From the NCBI GenBank assembly GCA_025603075.1, contig MU626361.1, positions 11,577-75,576 on the forward strand: a stretch of 64,000 nt of DNA, in the 5' to 3' direction. Made by a program: the position numbers and the translations under genes. This document shows, one piece after another, positions 24,860 through 38,743 of the stretch. The notes below the pieces were generated by a model that ran no database searches, had not been told where the DNA came from, and saw nothing but the letters and a program-made list of their open reading frames with translations. This DNA is from Neoconidiobolus thromboides FSU 785 (taxonomy: Eukaryota; Fungi; Entomophthoromycota). Within the stretch, counting starts at the first letter, position 1. Every line of letters begins with the position of its first letter.

Positions 24860-25270
24860 ATGGAGGAATATTATGTTAAAAAAGTAAACATTTTATCAAC
24901 TCTGTCCATAATATCAAATACTAATAGTAGTTCATTAACTTTAGGAAATCTTACAAGAGTTATTTAATAAAAACAAAATCGATAATAAATTTAAATTAAG
25001 TAAAAATGGATTAGTCTGTTGGCAAGAATATATTCGCTTAATGACTGTTGGTAAGTAAGAATTGGGAGTTAGGATCTTTATATACTACTTAGTACTATCT
25101 AATATTTAACTACTGATATTAATAATTGATATTAATATGTATTTTTATATATAACAGAAGCCATCCATAGAGCACATGATGAAGCTATTAAGGAAGGCTC
25201 AGATGAAGATATAGTATTAGATGTTCAGCATTTGGAAAAAATAATTTATCAGTTATTTTTAGATTTTTAA
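24860..25270 (+). CDS. MHF2: CENP-X / MHF2 histone-fold protein (3 exons, absent from ORF track)
   Basis: Exons 24860-24883, 24945-25050, 25158-25270 give MEEYYVKKEILQELFNKNKIDNKFKLSKNGLVCWQEYIRLMTVEAIHRAHDEAIKEGSDEDIVLDVQHLEKIIYQLFLDF*, matching the CENP-X C-terminal LEKxxxQLLLDF signature. Confidence 0.85.
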
Positions 25271-25380
25271 AATAGAAAGAAAGGAATTAGTTTCATATCT
25301 ATAAATAATAATAATAAAATGAAACAAAAAATTTTTATTTAAAATATTCTATTTTTTATTTTTATTATATTTTAAACTAT

Positions 25381-28049
25381 TTAACCAAAAAAACGGGATT
25401 TAATGGAGCTAAAATTGAAAGAATAAAAAGTAATTAATATTACAATAATGATAAAAATTAAATCAATAAAACACTTACCTAATATCTTGTTTAGGTAAAG
25501 TTAAATTGACTGAAACTTGAGCTTTCCATAATGGGAAGCAAATGGAATCAATACCTTTAAATGAAAAGATCATTTTAGGGACATCTTGTTCACTATAAAA
25601 TAATTAAATTAAATTATAATAATAATAAATAGTTTTACCTTTCATCAAACTTATCATTCTCTTTAGTGTATCTAGCAATTAAAGAACAAGGCTCTTCTAA
25701 AGAAAGATGTTAAATAAACTAAATTTGATTTAAATTAATAAACTTACTAATATTTTCTAATTGATTATTAGCAGTAGTTGATAACTGATTATTTAATGGG
25801 TTTTCATTTTGTAATAAAACTAATAAGTCTTTACAATTAATATCAATAATTAATTTTGGATTAATATAAGGTAATAATAAATCAATTGACTCCGATTGTA
25901 ATCTAAAATTAGATTCATATTTATCACTAACTCTACTAAATGCTTTGATTCCTAAATTAACTAACTATAAAAGAGAAGTTGATGTTAATATATAGGATTA
26001 TAATAGGGGGATAGAAGATGAGATTAACCTACTTTAACCCTATTTATATCTTTCGATAATAAAAATTCCCTAACAGATGGAGAAACCAAAGTAATTGTTT
26101 TATTACGATCTGTTTCACTACGTTTAATAAATAAATTATCAGGGAAATTACTTAAATGGAAATATTTTCTATTAAAATAAAGTTAAGTATTAATATATAT
26201 GATTTTGGTATAGAAAATCCTTACTTAATATTAGCTAATTCTGAAGATTCCTTTTCCATAAAAATAAAGGGTTCCTCATGTACGATATTTCTCTTTTTAT
26301 TGTCTCTTCTTTGTTTAATTTCACTTCCCTATAATTACATTATTATTATATTAGATTAATACTAATACTAATAATAATAATAATATTAATACTTACTCTT
26401 TTATTAGTTACTTCATTTTTAACTCCATCATTATTTTCAACTTTATTACTATTTTCAGTATTATCTTCATTATTATTTTCATTTTCAATTTCCTTCTCAG
26501 CTTCTTTCTTTTCAACTTCAACTTGAGATTCGATTTCATTTAATTTCTTTTCTTTCTGTTCATTATTACTAGTAGGTAAAACCTTTTCAAATACAGCTAC
26601 AAAAAAACCACCAGTATTTTGAAGATGAGGATAAATACGTAAACTAAATTTTGTAAACAAGATAATTAATATTACCCTTATTAAAACATATTAAACACTT
26701 ATGAATTACCATTTTTCTAAACCTAATTCATTTACATTACTTGGTGGAAACATGGTAGGAACAGCCCATTTTTTATTACTATCTTTTGGATCCATAGCTT
26801 CAAAATTAGGTATGATTTCCATATTTTTATCTAAAATCTAAACAAAAAAATTAATGATTATTCTACTTCATTATTTGTCAATTAAAATTGCCTTCCAGTC
26901 CTTGATTCCAGGTGCTCTTTTAAGTTCAGGTAACAAGTTTTGTACATCTAATAACTTAATTTGACCTTTAAATTTATTAAGTAAAGCAGCTACAACAGCT
27001 TCATTTTCTACAGGATTAATAGAACAAGTTGAATAAACCAATCTACCTCCAACTTTTAATAATTGAATTCCTCTTTCAGCAATTGTAGTTTGTAAATGAT
27101 GTAATGAATAACCAGAGTTTAAATTCCAATCTTTCCAAATCATATAATTTTTTCTTAATGTACCATCCCCTGAACAAGGAACATCACAAAGAATACGATC
27201 AAATAATAATCTTTTATCATTAATTTCCATTGTTGGAAAAAATTGTGCTTCATGATTAGTCACAACAAAATTAGCAGATTTTAATCGTTTAATTTGATGT
27301 AATAAAGTATAGCATCTTTTTTCGTTAGAATCATTAGCTATTATCATACCTTTTGGCATAGTTTCATCCTTATGTAAAGCTTCTATTAATTGAGCAGTTT
27401 TACTGCCAGGTGCTGCACACATATCTAATACAAAATGTTCAGGTTCAACTTGTAATAAAAGTGGGGGAATCATAGATACTTCTTCTTGTCGTGAGATGTT
27501 GCCAATCTCGGATTCACTAACTAAAAATTGATGAAATTGTTTAAAATGGGATTCTTTTTTGATGATATTTTTGCCAATGTCAAACTTCCAACCAAACTTG
27601 TTGGGGTAAAAAGATATCTCTTTTGGACCTTCTAAAAGCTGACCTTCATATTCTAAATTTGTCAACTCGGGAATAAACTTATTTTCAATTGTATCAAGAA
27701 GTTCTAAAGCTTGTTTACGAGTACCAGTTAGACGAAATGTAGTGGGTAAAGCTAATTTGAAATATTCAACCATTTTTTCATATTCTTCGGGAGATAATAG
27801 GCTTTGAGCCTATGGGAATCAATGTATGAAGGGTTTTTAAATATACTTTAAACTTACCTTATAATATTTATCAAATAATTCATTCTCCTTTATAACATTA
27901 TCATAGTTGTTAGACTCTCTTTTATCCCAACCTTCAGTATTCTTGGTTTCCTAATAGATTTAAAAGGTTGATTTTTAAATTATTTTTTATATTTGCATTA
28001 CCCTTGGTTTATCATTACCATTGCTTCTCTTCTTTCTAAATTTTCCCAT
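25381..28049 (-). CDS. TRM4: tRNA (cytosine-5)-methyltransferase NSUN2/Trm4 (multi-exon)
   Basis: ISRQEEVSMIPP, LDMCAAPGSKT, DRILCDVPCSGDGT, YSTCSINPVENE, YPHLQNTGGFFVAV. Confidence 0.92.
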
Positions 28050-28551
28050 ATTTTTTTAATATTAATCAAAAAACGGAAGTTCAACAATTTTGCACTGTTT
28101 TGGCTTTAATTCTGAATTTTTGGTTTTTCAATGGGATTTGAATGTTTTCATCGAAAATAATAGAAACCAGTTAAGGAATATCAGATATATAAATAACAAT
28201 TAATCTATAATTTAAAACAGTAGTTTTAATAATAAATTCGATTAGATTAACCACATGAAATAGAATATCAGATCATAAAAATACAATTTTTATTTAGAGC
28301 TTAAACTTCAATAAACTTTGAAAGTTATACCAATCACAAAAGCGAAAAACTAGACTAAACAACATAAAAAGAATCAAATAAACAAGACAGTGTTATTCAA
28401 ACAAAAAGCAACAAACGATGGATAAATAACACTCCAAAACCCAGAAACCCAAGCGCCTTAAAACAATATACCATAGTGGACCAATCATTTACTTTAAAAG
28501 GAAATCGCGCTTTCCACTTCAATCTGATCCCATAATAATTCGATAGCAATG

Positions 28552-28557
28552 ACGCGT
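28552..28557. promoter_or_regulatory. MCB-like element ACGCGT upstream of RNR1
   Basis: Exact ACGCGT ~250 bp upstream of the RNR1 ATG, with further CGCG cores at ~28506 and ~28628 in a very AT-rich spacer. RNR large-subunit genes are classic MBF targets in yeasts. Confidence 0.5.
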
Positions 28558-28805
28558 TTTGAGCCAATGAAGCACTGACTATAACCAATCAAACTTAAAA
28601 GCCAATAAAACACGACATCAATATGATCGCGGTTTTGAACAATAAAATTGATTGGGTAGGGTAGAAATTAGAAGTATTTATAATCAAAAAATGAGCTTTA
28701 GATGAAACTGTACTTTTGTTTTTTAATTTATAAAGTTTGTGCTTTGTGAATTAGTAAAGCTTATTAGTTAAATTTTTATATTATAAACGATTTATTTTGT
28801 CCACA

Positions 28806-31255
28806 ATGTATGTTAAAAAGAGAGGTAGGTTTATACTTTAATTTGGTTTAAGATTGTTGGCTAACTAAAATGGAATTTAATTAGATGGCCGTCAAGAGCG
28901 AGTTGTTTTTGATAAAATAACTTCACGTATTATTAAGTTATGTTATGGTTTGGATATGAATTTTGTGGATCCAGCTGCTATTGCTCAAAAAGTAACTTTT
29001 ATTTTGTTATCTTAAAATATTTTACTAAACCCCTTTATTAGGTAATTTCAGGAGTTTATCCAGGCGTTACTACCGTTGAATTAGATAATTTAGCAGCTGA
29101 AACATCCGCTTATATGACTACTAAACATCCTGATTATGCTACCTTAGCAGCCCGTATTGCAGTCTCCAATCTTCATAAAGAATCTGAAAAGCAATTTTCT
29201 AAAGTTATTGAATCCCTTTATACCTATATTAATCCAAAGAATAATAAACCTTCTCCTATGATATCTACGGAAACCTACGAAATCGTAATGGAACATTCTG
29301 AGCGCCTTAATTCCGCAATCATTTATGACCGTGATTTTGATTATAGTTATTTTGGATTTAAAACTTTAGAAAGATCATATTTACTTCGTATTGATGGTAA
29401 AACTGCGGAACGCCCACAGCATATGCTTATGAGAGTATCCGTTGGTATCCATGGTAAAGATATTGAAAAAGCAATTGAAACTTATGATTTATTGTCAAGT
29501 AAATACTTTACTCATGCCTCACCTACTTTATTCAATGCTGGTACACCAAGACCACAACTTTCTTCCTGCTTTTTATTAACCATGAAAGAAGATTCTATTG
29601 AAGGTATTTATGATACTTTAAAAACATGTGCTTTGATTTCAAAAACCGCTGGTGGTATTGGATTAAATGTCCAAAAAATTAGAGCTTCGGGTTCTTATAT
29701 CGCTGGTACTAATGGCTATTCTAATGGTTTAATACCCATGCTACGTGTTTATAATAACACAGCACGTTATGTTGATCAAGGTGGTAATAAGAGGCCTGGT
29801 GCATTTGCTATTTATCTTGAACCATGGCATGCAGATATCTTTGAATTTTTAGATTTAAAAAAGAATACTGGTAAAGAAGAAACACGTGCACGTGATTTAT
29901 TTTATGCTATGTGGTTATCAGATTTATTTATGAGACGTGTTGAAGCGGATGAAGATTGGGCTTTGTTTTGTCCAAATGACGTACCTGGATTAGCTGATGC
30001 TTGGGGTGAAAAATTTGATGAACTTTATGTTAAATATGAACGTGAAGGTCTTGCTCGTCGTACTGTTAAAGCTCAAAAAATTTGGTATGCTATACTTGAA
30101 GCTCAAGTTGAAACTGGTGTACCATATATGCTTTATAAAGATGCATGCAATGCTAAAAGTAATCAACAAAATTTAGGTACAATTAATTGTAGTAATTTAT
30201 GTACTGAAATTCTTGAATATTCAAGTCCAGATGAAGTTGCAGTTTGTAATTTAGCTAGTTTAGCTTTACCCACTTTTGTAAATAATAATAAGCTTGATTA
30301 TGTTAAATTACATGAAGTAGTTAAAGTAGTAACTCGTAATCTAAACAAGATCATCGATATCAATTATTATCCAGTAAAAGAAGCTTATAATTCTAATATA
30401 CGTCATCGTCCCATTGGTATTGGTGTACAAGGCCTTGCTGATGCATTTATTAAATTACGTTTGCCATTCGATTCAGAAGGTGCAGCTAAAGTTAATAGAG
30501 AAATTTTTGAAACAATTTATCATGGCGCTCTTGAAGCCTCTTCTGAATTAGCAGAAATTGAAGGGCCATACCAAACTTATGAGGGTAGTCCAGTATCTAA
30601 AGGGGTACTTCAATGTGATATGTGGAATGTAACACCAAGTGAGTTATGGGATTGGAATAAATTACGTAAACGTATAGCTAAACATGGTGTACGCAATTCC
30701 CTTTTAGTAGCTCCAATGCCAACTGCTTCTACTTCTCAAATCCTTGGTAACAACGAATGTTTTGAACCTTATACTAGTAACATTTATACTCGTCGTGTAC
30801 TCGCTGGTGAGTTCCAAGTAGTTAATCCATGGTTACTTAGAGATCTAGTTGAACTCGGATTATGGAATGATTCAATGAAAAATCGAATTATTTCCGATCA
30901 AGGATCCGTTCAAATGATTAAAACTATACCAGAAGATATACGTGCCCTTTATAAAACTACTTGGGAAATAAGTCAAAAAGTAATTATTGATATGGCAGCT
31001 GATCGTGGAGCTTTTATTGATCAATCTCAATCACTTAATATTCATATTGCTGAACCCACTTTTGCTAAATTAACTTCAATGCATTTTTATGGTTGGAAAA
31101 AGGGATTAAAAACTGGTATGTATTATCTTCGTACTAGACCAGCTGCTAATGCTATTCAATTTACAGTGGATAAAAAAGCAATCGAAGAAGAAGAAGCTGC
31201 TAGATTACAATGCTCTATTGATAATCGTGACGGTTGCCTTATGTGCAGCGGTTAA
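28806..31255 (+). CDS. RNR1: Ribonucleotide reductase large subunit (class Ia)
   Basis: ATP cone MYVKKR|[16 protein letters not shown] (two short introns), [30 protein letters not shown]-terminal CLMCSG. Confidence 0.97.
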
Positions 31256-32063
31256 AAGATTTTCATAATTTTTAACAATCTATTTTTCATTGATAATTAT
31301 TATCTATTTAAACCATATTAAATCTTCAAGTATATTTTATATCATTCTATTTTTTTAATTAAGTTATTTTCTACTAGTTAATATTAACTTATAACATTAG
31401 CTTAGATTATTGATATCATTAATATTATTAACATTTTACTTAAATCAGAAATATTTTTCTATATTACATTGAACTTATTAAATTAGTTCATTAATATTAT
31501 GGAGAATGTTTTTATTTCATTTTTTATTTTTTATCCAACATAAAATTTAAAAAATTATTAGCTAAATACTGTATCGAAAAAACATTCTCACGTATGCGGT
31601 TAACTTAAAATTATACTTTATTCATTATAAATTTGTTCCGCTTTTAAAATGTATTAAAATTATTATTTATTCTTATTTTAAAAAAATCATTGTAATTACA
31701 GATAACAAAAACATTATATATACAATAACTATGTACATTTGTATATTACTATAATATCAATCTATTTATTTTTAATAATAGCACCCATCAATAGCATTTA
31801 ATAGCATTTTCTACACTTAGCTAATTAAAATAATACTAAATAAATTATTTGGATGATTGGTTTAAATTCAAAAGTTTGCATGCAATTAAATGTACAAAAT
31901 TTATGATTAAATAATTTTTTTAAAAAAAAGAATAAAAGATTTTAATTTCTATTTACTATACATTTTTTAATTAGTTAAAACTTTAATAGAACTTTTTAAT
32001 TTTTTTTCTTTCTTTTTCATCTTTTATCTTTGTAATTCTATTTATAAATTTTAAACTTATACC

Positions 32064-34746
32064 ATGAAACCTGAGGAAATGTTGGCGTTTGGGAGAGGAG
32101 GTAACTTGATTTATATAATATATAAATGTAGGAGATTTATTTGTTAAAGGTGGCATTGGTACTTGTATTTCATTAATAAGTATTGAACCAGGTTCCGATC
32201 TTTTACCTTGTAAAGCAGGTAAGTACTACTTTTCATATCTTATGATTATTTTAACAATTTGAAGGGGATGTAATCACAGTTTTAAAACCTATAAAGGAAA
32301 ATCTTTATTTGGTAATTTTAAACTCTATATAATATTAATAAAATAACCATTATTAGGGATTTTTATCAGATCAAATTGGACATTTTAGATTAGATGATGT
32401 TAATTTAATTTATTTGAACTTGAGTGTAGCCTCACCTAGAAAAAATAAAGAAAAATATCAATCTTTTACAGCGTTATTAGAAAAAAATGTGCCTATTGGA
32501 TTTTATGGAGAAAACAATATACCTGAAGCTAAGGCAAGTGTAAACAATTCAGTTATATTAGAAGAAACGGAAGCTGAAATGTCAATGGAAGAGATGCCTA
32601 ATGCTACTGAAACAAAAAGAAGAGCGTTTTCGATAGCACCAAATACTTCGCCAGAAAAGCTAAGAGAAGCCATATTATCACAAGATATCTCAATGCTGGA
32701 TTCAAGTTATTTAAACCAATCTTCAATTCTTCCTAAAAGTACTAGTACACGGATTTATACTGAGAGTATGATAATTCCAAGAGATATTAATACCAATAAT
32801 ATTATTGAAGAAAAAGTCCAGCCAAAGGATAATTATACAACTGAAGATATGCATAATAATGGAATAAATATAATAAATGAAAAGATGAGCAATATGGATT
32901 TAAAACCTTCACAAAATGGACAAAATTTACAAATACCTGAATTACAAGTATCTGATGCGGATTTAGAAGCTAATAATAATAAAGATCATGAAAATACCAA
33001 TGGTGAGAAAAACAATAATAACGCTAATAATGAGAAGAATATCAATGATAACAACAGTGAGAAGAATATCAATAATAACAATACTGATAAAAACAGTTAT
33101 AAAAGTAATGTTAACAATTATAACAACAACAATAATCCTAGCCAAATAGATTATAGAAGTAATAGATCTGAAACGAAGCATAAAGGATTATTTCATTCAA
33201 TAAAATCTATAAAAAAGAAAGCAGATAATTTGTTTTTAAGTGCAAGGCTTGATCCTTCTTTAATGTTATTACCAACTTCAGGTTCCCCTATGGATCCTTT
33301 AAATGATAAAAACTATGTAGCAAAATCCGAAAATATGCGTAAATTTTACTCTCAAGCCAATGAAAAAGGAGATAGTATTGTCCTTGATCAATTTGGTTTT
33401 ATACAAAGTGTTTCTGATGATGAAGGTGATGATGGTCGTTCAATTATTTCCACTATAAGGTAATAAATTTTAGATAAATTTTGTTTTAATTTATATTAAT
33501 TATATAGTGGCGCTTCCAATGTATCATCAAAATCTGATCGTTTATTTAAATATGAATTGACTAAAGAATCTAAATGGAGAGCAATACTTACTAAATGGAC
33601 ACCGTCAAAATCAAGGAAATCCTATAGAGTAAACCAAAAAATTGATTCAAAATAAATTTAATTAACAACTTTTAGGTAAAAAAATTAGTAGAAAAAGGAA
33701 TACCAGATAGCTTACGTGGTAGAGTTTGGAGCTTTTTATCAAATGTTCAACAGTTTAAAAAGGCTGGCACTTACCAAGTAATTAGATTTTAGAATCATTA
33801 AATAAATTTATTAATATATCAAAGGAAATGCTTGGAAGAGAAAAGATACCGATTTATGATGTAATTGAAAGAGATATAAGGAGAACTTATCCTAGGCATT
33901 CACTGTTTTATTATGAAAATAGTCAAGGGTAAATTTACACATGAATTTTTTTAACTAATAATTGAAATCATCAAAACAGATTAAAGGACCTCTATTCCAT
34001 TTTAAAAGCCTATGCACAATACAACCCAGAAGTTGGGTATTGTCAAGGGATGGGTATGCTGGTGGGGCTTTTTTTAATGCAAGGGCTTAGTGAAGAAGAT
34101 GCTTTTTGGCTTTTAGTTTCAACCAATTCACAATACTTACAAGGTTATTTTACACCAACGCTTTCACAACTTCGTATTCATTCAGCTGTATTTGAGTATC
34201 TGTTAGAAGAAAGTGACCCTAAACTTGCAAAACACTTGGTAATTTACTTTTATTTTACTAAGAATAATATTTATAGTAATTAGTCTGATAATGATATAAC
34301 ATCGCTATTGTATGTTACTCCTTGGTTTTTAACAGTTTATACTATGACATTGCCTTGGGCATCTGTTCTTCAAGTATGGGATTTATTTTATTACAAAGGT
34401 AATAGACGGATAAAATTAGTTATAAAGTACTAACTCAATTAGGTGTTAAAATATTATTCCGATTCGGACTTGCTATAATGAAATGTGTTCGAAGTAATTG
34501 TCCATTCTATTATAATTTCCCATTTTAATCTATTTTTTAGACCATATCTTTAGGGAATGCCCGACTGCAGCTGAATTACTCCCCTTTTTACTTCATGTAC
34601 CACATGAATTTCTTGGACCAGAAAAACTTATGGATGCCTATAAAGATATCAAACTCACTACTGCACATATACAATCACTATGTCGACGTGTAGCATCTCC
34701 AGATGGTACAGTACCAGATCGAGGTGCTTTGCAAGTTCGTAAATGA
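32064..34746 (+). CDS. TBC-domain Rab GTPase-activating protein with an SH3-like N-terminus and Asn-rich linker (multi-exon)
   Basis: KGIPDSLRGRVW, IERDIRRTYP, GYCQGMGMLVG, EEDAFWLL and WFLTVYT motifs across exons. Confidence 0.85.
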
Positions 34747-35032
34747 TATAATGTATTTTGTTTGTTATCATAAAATTATAATTTATAATAAAATTTTAGT
34801 AGCATAATAAAAAGCTTAAAAAGTTTATAGTTAAAAAGATTTACTGTTATATTTTAAAAATGAGGTGGACGGAACGCTTATTTTTTGATTATATATTAAT
34901 GAAATATTGTAAGGATCCAAATTTAACCCTGCCAGCTTAAAGCTTAACATTGATACGGCTTTTTGTTTGTTTAACTAATTTATAAACTTATGTATATAAA
35001 GCTGCTTTTATTTTACTGAAAAGCTACTATAT

Positions 35033-35129
35033 GAGGATGAGTTTTTAGCTTTATCACTTTTTACATTTTTAAGCGCTATTTGAGTGGAAAGATTATTAGT
35101 GAAATCCTTAAACAAAAAAACACATCCCC
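35033..35129 (+). mobile_element. MITE family A
   Basis: GAGGATG...CACATCCCC with TSD ATAT. Confidence 0.8.
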
Positions 35130-35477
35130 ATATATTATTTGAATATCACACCAATTGATAACCCATTAATCAGTGAAGCATCTAATAATTACTTAACTTC
35201 TGTAAGTTACAGCAGACTTTCTATGCTATGAATAGTTTTAATGGTATTATTAATACCCAAATTGTTATAACAATTAGTAATTGCCAATATATATTTAGTT
35301 GTAAGATTATCTTACCTAATCTAGAATCTTCTTTTGATCTTTAATTTTGGAAAAACACATCAACTTAAGATTCCACAATTTCCGGATATGATTGGCTAAA
35401 AACTATACAACTTTACCCATGATTTTGAGTTTAAAATCAAAATAAACTCAAAATTTCATCTTCAATTTTTAATTAAA

Positions 35478-35930
35478 ATGCCTCGTAAATCTCGTTCAGC
35501 TCCAGCTCGTTCCCCAGCACAAACACAATCCCGTAGTGCTTCTACTTATGCCGCACCATCATCAATGGCCCGTGCTCCAGCACCTCCAGCACCAATGCAT
35601 GCTCCAGCTGCTGCTGCCCCAAAACAACCAGGGCTTTTCGCACAAATGGCAACTACTGCCGCAGGTGTAGCTGTAGGTAGTGCTGTTGGACATACCCTTG
35701 CCAATGGAGTTTCTTCTTTATTTGGAAGCTCAGAAAGCGCTCAGCCAGCCCAAGCTGCTCAACCTCAACATTCTTATTATGCAGCTTCAGAACAACATGG
35801 ATCTGGCTCATGCCAAGCTGATGCTAAAGCTTTTACCAATTGCTTAGAAAGTAATAATAATGATATTTCTGCTTGCCAATTCTATTTAGATATGCTTAAG
35901 CAATGCCAATCCTTTGCCGCCTCTCGTTAG
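35478..35930 (+). CDS. MIX17: Mitochondrial intermembrane-space CHCH protein (CHCHD2/CHCHD10 family)
   Basis: PGLFAQMATTAAGVAVGSAVGH hydrophobic helix and twin CX9C at the C-terminus. Confidence 0.93.
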   Translation: MPRKSRSAPARSPAQTQSRSASTYAAPSSMARAPAPPAPMHAPAAAAPKQPGLFAQMATTAAGVAVGSAVGHTLANGVSSLFGSSESAQPAQAAQPQHSYYAASEQHGSGSCQADAKAFTNCLESNNNDISACQFYLDMLKQCQSFAASR

Positions 35931-36738
35931 ATTAATAATATAAAGAATCAAATTTAAATATTTAATCCTTATGTCAATAGAATTGGATCTTTTTTTATTA
36001 AATATTCGATGTGTTTATAATTATTTGGTTTTTATATTATGTACGTATCTGAAGTATGTTTCAAAATAAGAGTATAACATATATATATGCTATGTTTAAT
36101 ATTTGAATGTATGTTTTTATTTTATAATATTTAAAAAACTTAATATAAAAAATAGATAAATTTTATTCAAGCAGATTCGCTATTTTCTCATACAATAGAT
36201 AGTTTATTACATTTGAATAAAAAATACTATTAATACGACTAAAAAGTTTAAAGTATGGATATTAATACCTGAGAATGTCAAAAACTATTTAAGAATATAT
36301 TAAAATTGTGTTTAGGTTTAGTGGACATTGATTCAAAATCGATTAAACTTTTCGATTCCTGTTTAATAAAATTATTTTGGGAATCCTAGTGTTTGTAAAT
36401 TTGGTGGGGTTTTACGATTAATTTGTAAGCAAGTTGCCTCCGATAGATATATTCCGGATCCTAGTGGAAAATATATATTTCGGATCATCCTTAATATTTA
36501 ACTTAAAAGATCAATAGTTAGAAGTGAGACAAGTAACAAAATGAAAAGAAATTTAAAGTGTCTAATTTAATACTTTCCTCCTGTGCCAATATAACGAATA
36601 TGATAAATTGTCTAATCTACATCAATCTTGGTTTATTTACTCCAGGAAGTTGCAATTTTAATGGTTATTTTTGCAGAATAAAAAAAATAAAAAATAAAAT
36701 TAATTTCGAGAATTTTAAAATTGTTGTTTAAGTTTTAA

Positions 36739-38743
36739 ATGGGAAAAAGAAACCGTAAGAAAGGAGCTGCAAATGCTCAACCAAGCCAAGAGCTCGATAG
36801 CCACAAAAGCGAGAAGTATACTTCAAAAGCTATAAAGAACTGGAATGACATTGAACATGATGACATTGATAAATGTAATTCTATTTTTAGGTACTTAAAT
36901 TTATATTAATATTTTTCTAGTCCATGATAGCAGAAACAAAATAAGCTTTGATGATAACGATAATGATTCAGGTATCACATATTATTGTTGGTTTTATATA
37001 GCTAAAAAAATTTCTAGATGATATTGAAGATGAAGAGATACTTGGCATTGAATACCCTCAAGAGGAAGAGGAAGAAGAGGAAGAAGAAGAGGAAGAAGAA
37101 GAGGAAGATACCATGGAAGGTATAATAAAGTTATCGATATAAGTATACATATTAATATTTTATAGATTGGGGCACAAAAAAATCGAATTATTATGATGGT
37201 GATGAGGTTGAAGATGAAGAAGATGCTAGACTCGAAGAAGAGGAAGCAATAAGAATCCAAAAAATGAGGGTCAATACTATGAACGAACAAGATTTTATGG
37301 CTCCTACTTATGGTCAACTAACTGGAAAAGACCTTATTAAAGTATCTATTATACAATTTATTTTTTAATATACTAAATTTTATTAGGATGAATTGGAAGA
37401 TCATAAATTAGTTCTTGATTTGGATAAGGAATTAAAAAATATAGATTTGACTCAGCCTATCAAAAGCATAAAGAAAGGGGATAGTTGTACTAAAGACGAA
37501 GCCATTGAAATGTTAGAGAAAGATTCGCCAGAACTTTTTGGACTTTTAGAACAACTTAAAGAAAAGTGGGAAATAGTAAAAGATGAGTCCTCTGAAGTTG
37601 CTATAAAGTAATTTTATTGTCAAAATAATTTATATGACATTAACATGTATTAGAATTAAAGAATTAAGCCCAGAAGTAGTCAAAGCAACCCCATTACTTC
37701 AACATTTCTATTTAAAGTATGAAACAACATTAAATTATCTTACTAATATATCTTTCTATTTGTATTTGAAGTCTGTTGGAACTCCTAATCTTCAAGATCA
37801 TCCTATAATTGATGTTTTAATAAAACATGCCAACATTATTAAAAATTTAGAAGATGCTGAAGAAGGATCAGATGACTTACTGGAAATGGTTAAAGAAGCT
37901 ATCATTGTAATAGAAAATGGCGGAGTTGTTGGAGATCAAGAATTAGACGAAAACAGTAATGAAGACTTATCATTAGAAGAAGAAGAAGAGGAAGAGTCTC
38001 AGGATGAAGAAGCTTTGGAAGATAAAGAAGAAGCCATCGATTCAGAACCTCAAAGCTCAGATGTGGAAGCATTACCCGAACAAACATTAGCAGAATTAAG
38101 ACGCTCTCTTAAAACTTCAGGATCAAAAAGAATGGCCAAAGAATCCGACTTCCAGGATACTGAGTATCTTGATGAAGCGGATGCAGCTGAAAAGATGATA
38201 AAAAAGAAGAGTTTAAGGCATTATGCTTCTGTTATAAATCAAAAACGTGCCAAATTGCCTAAATTTACCGGTGATATTGATATACCATATAAATCAAAAG
38301 ATGAAAAATATAAACAGCCAGTTAATCAAGCTATCAATAACCAATCCAATGACGCTGATATATTCGATGATGATGAAAACGAAGTAACACCATCAATAGA
38401 AGAAACCAAGAAAGAAAGGAAGAATACTAAGAGAGTTAAGGTACTTGATCCTGAAGAAATGGAACGTAGAACAGAGGCATGGAAAGCAATGAATCCTGAT
38501 GAACAAGAAGTTGAAGGAAGCTCTAAACGTATTGCTTCTTACAAGATACTCAAAAACAAAGGTCTTACACCTAAGCGTAAGAAAGAGCAACGTAATCCAC
38601 GTGTTAAACATCGTAAGAAGTTCGAAAAAGCTAGTAAGAAATTATCCAGTTTCAAGAGAGTTGTGCAAGATTCTAAGACTTCATATGGTGGTGAAGCTAC
38701 TGGTATTAAGACTCATCTTTCTAGATCTGTACGCTTTCAATAG
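36739..38743 (+). CDS. SAS10: SSU processome subunit Sas10/Utp3 (multi-exon)
   Basis: NYLTNISFYLYLK...HPII (Sas10/C1D domain) and C-terminal KGLTPKRKKEQRNPRVKHRKKFEKA...YGGEATGIK. Confidence 0.92.
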
